DNA of 64,000 nt from an uncultured delta proteobacterium (GTDB taxonomy: Bacteria; Myxococcota_A; Polyangia; Polyangiales; Polyangiaceae), in assembly GCA_963806225.1 (NCBI GenBank), contig CAWDXG010000004.1, positions 160,001-224,000 on the forward strand, written 5' to 3'. Below the pieces are notes generated by a model. The model had not been told where the DNA came from and did no database searches. It was given only the letters and a program-made list of their open reading frames with translations. The translations under genes and the position numbers were made by a program. Shown in pieces: positions 10,357-20,007 of this stretch (position 1 is the first letter of the stretch; the number at the start of each line of letters is the position of its first letter).

Positions 10357-11382
10357 TTGAAAGACGTGCGTTTGACGCAGCTCGTCCAGGGCGGTGGCTG
10401 AGCACGGAAGCTGCCCGCCGAGGACCTGGTCCAGGTCCTGAGCCAGCTCCCTGCCCTGCCTCATCGTTGGGTCGGCTCCGAAGCCGGATCGCTCGACGAC
10501 GCGGCACTCGTGCGTCCGGAGGGCGCCGCCCGCTCGCTCGTCCTCACCCTCGACGTGATCACGCCCATCGTCGACGATCCGGGCTCGTTCGGGCGCATTT
10601 CTGCGGCAAACGCCCTGAGCGACGTGTACGCCATGGGCGGCGCGCCCGAGGTGGCGCTCTCGTTTGTCGGCGTGCCGGACCAGGTCGGTCTGGACGTGCT
10701 CGAGGCCATCCTGCGCGGCATGACGGAAAAGGCGCACGAAGCGGGCTGCGCCGTCGTGGGCGGACACAGCATCCGCGACACGGAACCGAAGTGCGGGTTG
10801 GCCGTAGTCGGCTCGGTCGAGCCAGGCGCGGCCTGGACGCACCGCCGCGGCGAGGCGGGTCAGCTGCTCGTGCTGACCAAGCCGATCGGCACCGGCGTGA
10901 TTGCCCAGGCGCTTCGCAAGGACCAGGCGGAACCGGCGTGGCTCGAGGCCGCAATCCGCAGCATGGAGACTCTGAACCGCGCGGCTTGCGACGCCGGGCG
11001 CGCCCACGGCGTGACCGCCGCCACCGACGTGACCGGTTTCGGCCTGCTCGGACATCTGTCGCACATCACCGCAGCGAGCGGACTGTCCGCGACCGTGCGC
11101 CCGGACGCCGTGCCGCAGCTTCCCGGTGCGATCGACGCGGCGCGCGCCGGCCATATCCCCGGGGGAAGCCGCAAGAATCTCGCCTACGCGCGTCCGCATC
11201 TGCGCGGCGCCGACGCCATCGAGCCAGCGCTCCTCACGCTGCTGGCGGATGCGCAGACGAGCGGCGGGCTGCTGCTCACGGTGCCCGCCGGGTCGGCTTC
11301 CGCGTTGCTCGCGGCGCTGCAGGGCGCAGCGGTGATCGGCGAGCTCGTCGACAGGGAACCCGGCGTGATCGAGCTCGGGTAG
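10357..11382 (+). CDS. selD: Selenophosphate synthetase (selenide, water dikinase), selenocysteine-containing, 341 aa
   Basis: RBS AAGGAGG at 10345-10351, TTG at 10357. Reads MKDVRLTQLVQGGG-TGA(U15)-ARKLPAEDL...DDAALV, in frame with ORF 10510..11382 carrying SelD motifs (FGRISAANALSDVYAMGG, GGHS, LTKPIGTG, TDVTGFGLLGH, DAQTSGGLL). Confidence 0.93.
10406..10450 (+). promoter_or_regulatory. Bacterial SECIS-like stem-loop directing UGA recoding in selD
   Basis: Apical stem AGGACCTG(10421-28)/CAGGTCCT(10432-39) with G-containing loop GTC starting 28 nt after the TGA. Lower stem GGAAGCTG(10406-13)/CAGCTCC(10444-50). Confidence 0.75.
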
Positions 11383-11505
11383 ACCGCGAAAGGCCGCGCC
11401 GGCGCAACTTTCGTGATGGCCGGCCGCGCGCGCCGCAGTAGTTGCGCGGAACCGCCGGTGCAGGGCGCGTTTGCTCCGGCACGCCCGATGCACGGTGCAG
11501 CCCGC

Positions 11506-12600
11506 ATGCGTACACGCTCCCTCGCCTGGATCCTCGTCGCCGCCTCGAGCGCCGCCGCCCTGCTGGCAGCCTGCGAGAAGAAGAAGGCGCCGCCCACACA
11601 GGAAACCACCCCCCCCTCGACCAGCGCGTCCGCAGCTCCCGCCGCGTCCGCTGCAGCGAAGGTGACGATCGACAAGGACATGCTGTCGGCGTTCGGGCCG
11701 CTGCCGGCCGCGATGACCTCCGAAAAGAACCCGATCACCGAACCGAAGGTCGAGCTCGGTCGCATGCTCTACTACGACAAGCGCGTGAGCCGGGACGGCG
11801 ACGTGAGCTGCGAGACCTGCCACCAGCTCGACAAGTTCGGCGTCGATCACCTGCCCGTCTCGCTCGGCGAAAAGAAGCAGAAGGGCACGCGCAACGCTCC
11901 GACCGTGTACAACGCCGCCGGGCACCTCGCGCAGTTCTGGGACGGCCGCTCGCCCGACGTCGAGGACCAGGCCAAGGGCCCTGTGCTGAACCCGGTCGAG
12001 ATGGGGATGAAAGGCGCCGGGGCCGTGGAAAAGCGGCTGTCGGCCATTCCGGGCTACGTCGCCGCCTTCAAGAAGGCCTTCCCCGGGGAAAAGAACCCCG
12101 TCACCTTCGACAACTTCGCCAAGGCGGTCGGCGCTTTCGAGCGCAAGCTGGTCACGCCATCGCGCTGGGACCAGTTCCTCGCCGGCAACGACAAGGCGCT
12201 CACCGACAAGGAAAAGCAGGGGTTCAGGACCTTCGTGGAGACCGGCTGCCCCACCTGCCACACCGGCGTCTACGTCGGAGGCTCGATGTTCCAGAAGCTC
12301 GGCCTGGTCAAACCCTGGCCCGACCAGAAGGACCAGGGCCGGTTCAAGGTCACCAAGAAGGACCAGGACAAGATGATGTTCAAGGTCCCGAGCCTGAGGA
12401 ACGTGGCCGAGACGGCCCCCTACTTCCACGATGCCTCGGCGAAGACGCTGGAGCAGGCGGTCCGCATGATGGCCGAGCACCAGCTCGGCAAGAAACTCGA
12501 CGACGCCCAGGTCGCGTCGATCGTGACCTGGCTGAAGTCGCTGACAGGCACGATTCCAGAGGCGTACATCAAAGAACCGGAGTTGCCGGGCAAGACCTGA
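11506..12600 (+). CDS. Di-haem cytochrome c peroxidase (CCP/MauG family), lipoprotein
   Basis: Lipobox LLAAC; two CxxCH motifs (CETCH, CPTCH); RNAPTVYN, QFWDGR, FKVPSLRNV, PYFHD. Confidence 0.9.
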   Translation: MRTRSLAWILVAASSAAALLAACEKKKAPPTQETTPPSTSASAAPAASAAAKVTIDKDMLSAFGPLPAAMTSEKNPITEPKVELGRMLYYDKRVSRDGDVSCETCHQLDKFGVDHLPVSLGEKKQKGTRNAPTVYNAAGHLAQFWDGRSPDVEDQAKGPVLNPVEMGMKGAGAVEKRLSAIPGYVAAFKKAFPGEKNPVTFDNFAKAVGAFERKLVTPSRWDQFLAGNDKALTDKEKQGFRTFVETGCPTCHTGVYVGGSMFQKLGLVKPWPDQKDQGRFKVTKKDQDKMMFKVPSLRNVAETAPYFHDASAKTLEQAVRMMAEHQLGKKLDDAQVASIVTWLKSLTGTIPEAYIKEPELPGKT

Positions 12601-12673
12601 ACCGGACCCGCGCCCGAAAGCACTGGGCGCCGGCGCAGCGACGGGGCAAGCTCGCCCGCTGGAGGAACCCCGG

Positions 12674-14140
12674 ATGTTCGAGACGGCAGAGCTCGGTCGC
12701 AAGCTGGACAAGGACGAATACGAAGCCGCGGTTCCGGGGCTTCGTACCGATCTGCTCCGGGTCCAGAAGCAGCTCCACGACGCGGACTTCCCCGTGGTCA
12801 TCGTGGTCAACGGGGTGGACGGGGCGGGCAAGGGCGACACCGTGAACCTGCTCTACGAGTGGATGGACGCGCGCTACCTGTTCACCCACGCGTTCGGCAA
12901 GCCCACCGAGGACGAGCGAGAGCGGCCACCGTACTGGCGGTTCTGGATGAGCCTACCCCGGCGGGGGCGCATCGGCATCTTCTTCGGCTCCTGGTACACC
13001 GACCCGATCCTCCAGCGCACCTACGGCAAGCACGACGACGACCAGCTCGACGCGACGATGCGTCGCGTGAACGCTTTCGAGAAGGCGCTGGTGGACGACG
13101 GCGCGCTCGTCATCAAGCTCTGGTTCCACATCAGCAAGAAACAGCAGAAGAAGCGCTTCAGGTCGCTGGAGAAGTCGCCCGAGACGAGCTGGCGTGTCTC
13201 GAAGACCGACTGGAAGCACCACGACCTCTACGACGACTTCCGAGCGGTCTGCACGCGCGCCCTGCGCGAGACCAGCACCGGCGAAGCACCCTGGACGATC
13301 ATCGAAGGCACGGACGAGCGCTTCCGCCATGTCACGGTCGCCCGTCACATCATCGAACGCATCGACCAGCGGCTGGCCGCGCCGACGCCTTCACGCCCGC
13401 CGCCGCCGAATCCCGACGTCCCCGACCCGGTCACGATCCTCGACTCGCTCGACCTGTCGAAGAAGCTTGACAAGAAGAACTACGAGGAAGCGCTCGCGCA
13501 GGAGCAGGCGCGACTCAACAAGCTGAGCCGCAAGATCGCCAAGAAGCGTCTCGGCGTGATCATGGCTTTCGAGGGTTGGGACGCCGCCGGCAAGGGCGGT
13601 GCGATCCGCCGCGTGACCCACGCGATCGACGCACGACAATACCGGGTGATCCCCATCGCCGCGCCGACCGACGAGGAAAGAGCGCACCACTATCTGTGGC
13701 GGTTCTGGCGACATCTGCCCAGGCTCGGACGCTTCACTCTCTACGACCGCAGCTGGTATGGGCGCGTGCTGGTCGAGCGCGCGGAGGGCTTCGCCAGCGA
13801 AGCGGAGTGGATGCGCGCGTACAAGGAGATCAACGACTTCGAGGAGCAACTGGTCGACTACGGCATCGTGCTGGTCAAGTACTGGCTGCACATCGACGCC
13901 GACGAACAGCTGCGCCGCTTCCGCGAGCGCGAGGCGCTGCCCTGGAAGCAGTACAAGATCACGGACGAGGACTACCGGAACCGCGACAAGATGAACCTGT
14001 ACGAGCAGGCGGCGAGCGACATGGTGGCGCGTACCAGCACCGAGTTCGCACCGTGGACGCTCGTCGAAGCGAACGACAAGCGCTACGCGCGGCTCAAGGT
14101 GCTGCGCACGGCCTGCGACCGCATCGAGGCCGCGCTGTAG
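12674..14140 (+). CDS. pap: Polyphosphate:AMP phosphotransferase (two-domain PPK2, class II)
   Basis: Tandem PPK2 domains with GVDGAGKG and GWDAAGKG Walker A motifs, DRSWYGRVLVER; RBS GGAGG. Confidence 0.9.
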   Translation: MFETAELGRKLDKDEYEAAVPGLRTDLLRVQKQLHDADFPVVIVVNGVDGAGKGDTVNLLYEWMDARYLFTHAFGKPTEDERERPPYWRFWMSLPRRGRIGIFFGSWYTDPILQRTYGKHDDDQLDATMRRVNAFEKALVDDGALVIKLWFHISKKQQKKRFRSLEKSPETSWRVSKTDWKHHDLYDDFRAVCTRALRETSTGEAPWTIIEGTDERFRHVTVARHIIERIDQRLAAPTPSRPPPPNPDVPDPVTILDSLDLSKKLDKKNYEEALAQEQARLNKLSRKIAKKRLGVIMAFEGWDAAGKGGAIRRVTHAIDARQYRVIPIAAPTDEERAHHYLWRFWRHLPRLGRFTLYDRSWYGRVLVERAEGFASEAEWMRAYKEINDFEEQLVDYGIVLVKYWLHIDADEQLRRFREREALPWKQYKITDEDYRNRDKMNLYEQAASDMVARTSTEFAPWTLVEANDKRYARLKVLRTACDRIEAAL

Positions 14141-14309
14141 CGACGGCGCTCCCCGTGGTGCGGCGCCGGGGCCGCTGGCCGCCTCCCCGACCCCCCGGAG
14201 CCTACACAAAACGCAAGCGGCATCCAGATGCCACTTGCATGTGACGCAGGACCGGGAAGGATCCCGCGCGCTGGCCGTAGCAGGCTCAACCAACGGAGGA
14301 GTTGCACCC

Positions 14310-14744
14310 ATGAGATTCACCAAGCTCGCGACCGCAGGCATTCTCGTTCTCGCCGTCGGCGGCATGGCCGCCTGCCACAGCGGCCCCGAAGGCAAGTACT
14401 CGCTCGACAAGACCGAGATGAAGAAGCAGATGGAAACGAAGGTCGCGAAATTGCCGAAGGAGCAGCAGGCCTTCGCCAAGCTTGCGACGGCCATGATCGA
14501 CGCGATGAACATGGAGGTCGAACTGCAGAGCGGCGGCAAGCTCCACGCGACGTCGACCAAGCCCGCGTTCGAGAAGGGCAAGCCGGCCAAGACCGAGAGC
14601 AAGGACGGCACCTGGCACAAGGACGGCGAGAAGCTGATCCTGACCATCGACGGCAAGGACCTGAAGTGCGACCAGACGGGCAAGTCGCTCTCCTGCACCG
14701 GGGACAAGCCCGGCGAGCCGCCCATGGTCTTCGTCAAGTCGTAG
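14310..14744 (+). CDS. Hypothetical lipoprotein
   Basis: RBS GGAGGAG; signal peptide with lipobox MAAC; Lys-rich body with host-like codon usage. Confidence 0.75.
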   Translation: MRFTKLATAGILVLAVGGMAACHSGPEGKYSLDKTEMKKQMETKVAKLPKEQQAFAKLATAMIDAMNMEVELQSGGKLHATSTKPAFEKGKPAKTESKDGTWHKDGEKLILTIDGKDLKCDQTGKSLSCTGDKPGEPPMVFVKS

Positions 14745-14852
14745 ACCGGCTGGCGACTGGCCGTCGGGCTGCGGACGGCCCCGCCGCCCGCGGATTTCCT
14801 GGCCGGCGGGGCCTCTGCCTCGCCGGCTCGTCCGCGCAGAAACCGCGGCTCC

Positions 14853-14901
14853 GGAATGTTTCCGAAACCACAGAGAGCGCATCCGGTAACCTGCACGAAA
14901 C
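14853..14901 (+). promoter_or_regulatory. Candidate nitrogen-regulator binding site (GTAAC-N6-GAAAC plus an in-phase upstream GAAAC)
   Basis: GTAAC 14886-90, GAAAC 14897-901 and GAAAC 14864-68 are in 11-bp phase, ending about 25 bp upstream of the amtB ATG. Confidence 0.4.
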
Positions 14902-14925
14902 AATAGCGGTGCTTACTCGGGACGC

Positions 14926-16135
14926 ATGAACTCGGGTGACACGGCCTGGCTCTTGATCTCTTCCGCGCTGGTGCTTCTGATGACGCCGGCGCTGGCGCTG
15001 TTCTACGGCGGCATGGTCCGGCGAAAGAACGTCCTGTCGACCCTCATGCACTCGATGGCGGCGATCCCACTCATCAGCGTGATCTGGGCGGTGTGCGGCT
15101 ACTCGCTGGCGTTCGGCGGAACGCACGGTGGGCTTCATCGGCGGCTTCGACTTCCTCGGCCTGTCGGGTCTTGCCGGCACCGAGCACGGCAGCGTTCCCA
15201 CACTCGCCTTCGTCGCCTTCCAGATGATGTTCGCGGTGATCACGCCGGCGCTGATCTCGGGGGCGTTCGCGGAGCGCATGAAGTTCAGCGCCTACATCGC
15301 GTTCATCGCGCTCTGGTCGCTGCTGGTGTACGTGCCGGTCTGCCACTGGGTGTGGGCCGACGGCGGCTGGCTGTTCAAGCTCGGCGCACTGGACTTCGCG
15401 GGCGGCACGGTCGTCCACCTGACGGCCGGGATCTCCGCGCTCGTCTGCGCGCTCGTGATCGGCAAGCGGATGAAGTACCCGCAGGAGCGGGCCATTCCGC
15501 ACAACCTCACCATGACGGTCACCGGCGCGGGGCTGCTCTGGTTTGGATGGTTCGGCTTCAACGCGGGCAGCGCGCTGGCTTCGGGGCAGCTGGCGTCGCT
15601 GGCGTTCGTGACGACGCACCTCGGCGCGGCGTCAGGCGCGTTCGGCTGGGTGGTCATCGAGTGGCTGCATCGCAGGAAGCCGACGGCTCTCGGCGTCGCT
15701 TCGGGGCTCGTTGCCGGGCTGGTCGCGATCACGCCCGCAGCCGGCTTCGTTCCTCCCTGGGCCGCGATGGCGATCGGCGCGGCGGCCGGCGCGATCTGCT
15801 ACGGCGCGGTCGTTGCCAAGGACCACCTCGGCTACGACGATTCGCTCGATGCCTTCGGCGTCCACGGCGTCGGCGGGCTGGTCGGCGCGCTGTTGACCGG
15901 GGTCTTCGCAGTAAAGGCGCTGAATCCCGCCGGAGGCGATGGGCTCCTGGCCGGCAACCCGCACCAGCTCGTGGTCCAGCTCATCGCCGTCGGCGCATCC
16001 GGTCTGTACGCGGGCGTCGTGACGTTGGTGCTGCTGTTCGCGATCAAGGCGACAATCGGCCTGCGCGTGGATGAACAGGACGAGACCGAGGGACTCGATG
16101 CCACGCAGCACGGCGAGGAGGGCTACGCCGCCTGA
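14926..16135 (+). CDS. amtB: Ammonium transporter (Amt family), one +1 frameshift near 15130
   Basis: [29 protein letters not shown] in one frame; [37 protein letters not shown] in the next. Removing one G from GGTGGGC (about 15127-15133) joins them. Confidence 0.9.
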
Positions 16136-16163
16136 CCGCCTAGCTGGTAGGGTGCGCGGCAGT

Positions 16164-17165
16164 ATGCAGCCGACCGGAATGATCGAGCGCGCGACGCGCT
16201 GGCTCTCCGAACACGCGACGCGCACTCCGGGCAGCATCCTGCTCGGCCAGATCCGGCAGTCCGTGGCAGAGCGCACGCTCGCCCGCTACTCGGCCGAAGC
16301 CGAGCGCAGCTGGCCAGGGCTGGCCGAGGGAGCGCCGGAAGCCCGGGCCGAGCTCGCGGATGTGGCTGAACGCGCGCTGTCCACGATGCGCAGCGAGGTC
16401 GATCTGGAAGCGAGCCACGCGGGTCTGCTGCAGGCGTGGGCGGCGCTGATGGACGCGCGCTGGCGCGAGACGTACGAAGGCGAATACCTCGACGACCCCA
16501 GCGTGGATCACGAGCGGCGCGTGCGCATCCTCGAGCACCTCGACGCGATGAACGATCTACTGGACACCTACCGCGGCTTCTTCGAGTGGCTCAGGCCGAT
16601 GCTGTGCGAAGACCGCACGACGCGCCTGCTCGAGCTGGCCGCTGGACACGGCGGCTTCGCGCTAGCCCTGGCACGCCGCGCCCGGGATGACGGGCTCGAC
16701 CTCGAGCTACTGGCCAGCGACATCAAGCAGGAGTACCTCGACCTGGGCGCGGCGCGCGCCCGCAGCGAGGAACTCGACGTGCACTTCGGGCTGCAGGACG
16801 CGCTCGACCTCGGCAACCTCGAGCCCGGCAGCTACGACGTCCTGATGTGCATGCAGTCGCTGCATCACTTCCCGGCGGGAGAGGTCGCCGTGATGTTCAC
16901 CGAGGCGGCGCGCGTCGCCGCGCGCGGCGTGCTGTTCTTCGACGGCACGCGCAGCTCACTGGCGGCGCTCGGTCTGGGCGGGCTCGGCCTGTTCCGCTAC
17001 GGGGACCGCGACTTCGTTCACGACGCGATGGTCTCTTTCCGCCGTTTCTTCGTCGCCGAGGAGCTGGAGCTTCTGGCCCGGCTGAGCCCCTGGGGCGCCC
17101 AGGCCCGCGCGCAGTGGATCGCGCCGGGGCACTGCGTCCTGGCACTGGCGAAGCAGGACACGTAG
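16164..17165 (+). CDS. Class I SAM-dependent methyltransferase
   Basis: LLELAAGHGG motif I, SDI, QDALDL, YDVLMCMQSLHHF. Start uncertain (16164 or 16179). Confidence 0.8.
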   Translation: MQPTGMIERATRWLSEHATRTPGSILLGQIRQSVAERTLARYSAEAERSWPGLAEGAPEARAELADVAERALSTMRSEVDLEASHAGLLQAWAALMDARWRETYEGEYLDDPSVDHERRVRILEHLDAMNDLLDTYRGFFEWLRPMLCEDRTTRLLELAAGHGGFALALARRARDDGLDLELLASDIKQEYLDLGAARARSEELDVHFGLQDALDLGNLEPGSYDVLMCMQSLHHFPAGEVAVMFTEAARVAARGVLFFDGTRSSLAALGLGGLGLFRYGDRDFVHDAMVSFRRFFVAEELELLARLSPWGAQARAQWIAPGHCVLALAKQDT

Positions 17166-17207
17166 CAGAATGTCACAATACTGCGGCATTCTGCCACATT
17201 CCAGCTC

Positions 17208-18440
17208 CTAGCTGCCGACGACGAAGCAGACGCTGGTCGTGCCGCTCCCGCCGATGTTGAGTGTGCCGAAGTTCCGCGCACCAGGCACCTGGTAGTCGCC
17301 CGCCGTGTCGGTCACCTGCTTGTACGCGTCGAGCAGCTGGCGCACGCCGGTGGCACCCACGGGATGTCCCGCGCCGATCAGTCCGCCGCTCGGATTGATC
17401 GGGTGCGTGCCGCCGATCTCGAGCCAGCCTTCCTCCACGGCCTTCCAGCTCTCGCCCGGCGCGGTGATGCCGAAGTGGTCGATCGCCATGTACTCCGAGG
17501 TCGTGAAGCAATCGTGCGTCTCGATCCCGTCGATGCCGTTCACGTCCGCGATCCCGGCGCGATGGAACGCGTCGGTGATGGTGGCGCGCACGTGCGGCAG
17601 CACGTAGCGGTCGCCCGCGCTTTCGGCGACCTTGTCGGCGAAGCGGAGCCGCGCGGTGTGGTGCCCCCAACCCTTGATGCGCGGGATGCGGTCGAGCGAC
17701 ACGCCGCGACGCTTCGCGTAGCGCGCCGCCACGTCGGCGCTCGCGAGGAACACACACGCCGCGCCATCCGTCACCTGTGAGCAGTCGGAGACCCGGATGC
17801 GCCCGCCGACCGCCGGATTGTCGTCCGTGCGGCAGAGCGCCTGGCCCTTGTTCATGTACCAGGTGCGCGTCTGGGCGTTCGGGTTCTTCTTCGCGTTTTC
17901 GTAGTTGAGCGTCGAGATCCCCGCGAGGTACTCGTCCCTAAGGCCGTAGCGCTTGTCGTATTCGTCGCCCAGCTTGCCGAACAGCTTCGGGAACGGGAAC
18001 TCGATGCCCTGCGCTTCGCGCTCGTACCAGGCGGCGGTGCCGAGGTAGTCCCCGCCGCGTGCCGCATCGACCGTCTTCATCTGCTCGATGCCCACCACCG
18101 CGGCGAGCCCGTAGCGCCCCGCTTCGATCTCGGCTGACGCGGCGAGCAGCGCGATGCTGCCGGACGCGCACGCCGCTTCATGCCGGCTGGTGGGCAGCCC
18201 GCTGAATACCGGATCCACTTCCACGAAGAAGGCGCCGAGATGGCCCTGCATGCAGTACAGCTCGGCGGCGAAATTTCCGACGTGGGCGACCTCGATCTCC
18301 GTCCGGCGTCGACCTCGGCAGCCGAGAGCGCGCCCTCGCACCGATTCGCGCATCAGGGCGAGGAAGTGCTTGTTCTCCTTCGTCCAGTTGCGTGCGAAAT
18401 CGGTCTGGTATCCGCCCAGGATGTAGACTTCGTTGCCCAT
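17208..18440 (-). CDS. Acetyl-CoA C-acyltransferase (SCP2-type thiolase)
   Basis: EAACASG, HDCF, GHPVGATG, NIGG fingerprints. A locally garbled stretch near 18300-18340 suggests compensating indels. Confidence 0.88.
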   Translation of the reverse strand: MGNEVYILGGYQTDFARNWTKENKHFLALMRESVRGRALGCRGRRRTEIEVAHVGNFAAELYCMQGHLGAFFVEVDPVFSGLPTSRHEAACASGSIALLAASAEIEAGRYGLAAVVGIEQMKTVDAARGGDYLGTAAWYEREAQGIEFPFPKLFGKLGDEYDKRYGLRDEYLAGISTLNYENAKKNPNAQTRTWYMNKGQALCRTDDNPAVGGRIRVSDCSQVTDGAACVFLASADVAARYAKRRGVSLDRIPRIKGWGHHTARLRFADKVAESAGDRYVLPHVRATITDAFHRAGIADVNGIDGIETHDCFTTSEYMAIDHFGITAPGESWKAVEEGWLEIGGTHPINPSGGLIGAGHPVGATGVRQLLDAYKQVTDTAGDYQVPGARNFGTLNIGGSGTTSVCFVVGS

Positions 18441-18463
18441 CGTTCATCACTGCCTTCGCGCTC

Positions 18464-19810
18464 TCAGGCTGCGATGAAGAACCTGCCGACGTTCACTTGC
18501 GGCTCGTTGAAGAACCGGTGCGGCTCGGTGCGGGCGTCGCGGAGCGCGTCCGGCACGGGCACGCCGCTGTCCTCCAGCATGCGCACCGCCGGGCCGACCC
18601 CGATCGTGTCCACCAGCACGCTCGGCGGCGCCCAGTTGAAACCGAAGCCCATGATCAAGTCGATGCCGCGGATCGAATCGGTCACTTCCCCCACCCGGTG
18701 GAATGCATAGCTGATGTAGCCGGCAATGACCCTGCGCGCCAGCTCGGCCTCGGTGCCCCTGGCCGCCATCAGACGCCGCCATCGCCGCGCGGTAGTCGCC
18801 GACGCGGTGCAGCGCGGTCACCTCGTCGATGAACGACAGATCCGGCAGCTTGACCTCCGCGAGCGGGCGGTAGCGGCTTGAAGCCGGATCGAGCACCAGC
18901 TTCCGCTTGTTCGTTGTCGCGCTTGAAGAAGCCGCCCCCGGTCTTGCGACCGAGCGTGCCCTTGCGCGATGAGCTCGCGCATGTAGCCGGGCAGCTCGAG
19001 CGTCGCGTGCGCCTCGTCGTCGGTCAGCTGGTGGATGTTGTCGACGATGGCCTGGTGGATGTCCCAGCCGACCAGGTCGATGGTCGCGAGCGGCGGCAGC
19101 GCGCGGCCCGTGTACGGCCCGACCAGCCGATCCATCAGCGCGGGGCCGTACTCCTCGGCGAGCTGGGCCACCTCGTTCAGCACCTTGAATCCGACGCGAT
19201 TGCCGGCGAAGCCGGGCGTGTCCGCGGTGCGGATCATCACCCGCCCCAGGCGCCTTTCCGCGAACGCTTCGACGAAATCGACCAGAGCCGGGTCCGTGTC
19301 GCGTACCCGGGATCAAGCTCGGTGCCGACGATCACATTGGGGGGGTTGAAGAAATGCAGCCCCATGAAGTGGCGGCGGAACGACTCGCTGCGGCCCTGCG
19401 CCAGACGGTTGATCGAAAGGCCCGACGTGACCGTCGCCACGATCGAATCCGGGCGGCGGACGCGGCGTCGACGCGCTCGAAGAACTGCTCCTTCAGCTCG
19501 AGCTTCTCGGTGACCGCCTCGAAGACGAGATCCGCGTTGGCGACGGCCCGTTCGAAGTCCTCGTCGTACGAGCCGCATTCGACCCGGTCGGCAACGGTCG
19601 GCGAGCGCACCTGCTTCACCGCGGCCGCGAGCCCCTGCTCGGCCTTCTCGCGGGTCCGCGCGAGGAACGTGACCTTCGGCACGGCCGTCGTGAACAGCGC
19701 GCCGCTGCCGTAGCCCATGGTGCCGTTGGCGCCGAGCACGACGACGTGGCCGATGCTGCGCCGTGCGAGGACTTCCTCCAGGCGTGCGTTCTCGAATTCG
19801 ATGATGTCAT
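18464..19810 (-). CDS. 3-hydroxyacyl-CoA dehydrogenase family protein with several frameshifts (assembly error or pseudogene)
   Basis: Collinear pieces in alternating frames: VVLGANGTMG, VFEAVTEKLELK, SIVATVTSGLSI, MGLHFFNPP, DTPGFAGNRVG, DLVGWD, IDLIMGFGFNW. About seven indels (near 19808, 19465, 19315, 19305, 18965, 18915, 18772). Confidence 0.8.
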
Positions 19811-20007
19811 GCGCGTGCCCTCCTGCTCGAGCCGTTGCGCCGTTTACAGCTTTACAGACCGACGCAGTGCGTAACCTAGATCGCGTGCCTGGCACCGATC
19901 AACCAGCGGCAGGATTTGCGCGTTCCGCGGCTTTACAGCCCCATTCACTTTGTAAACGCAGCGGGCGCGAACGCCGTGTTCCCGCGGGCTTGCGCGTTCG
20001 GCGTCGC

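Noticed and set aside
10399..10401. selD as a nonsense-mutated pseudogene
   Set aside because: The TGA falls exactly at the catalytic Cys/Sec position and is followed by a SECIS-like hairpin.
10225..12840. 871-aa minus-strand ORF (likewise 25069..27915, 48648..51515, 36961..39000)
   Set aside because: Antisense to well-supported genes; typical high-GC antisense open frames.
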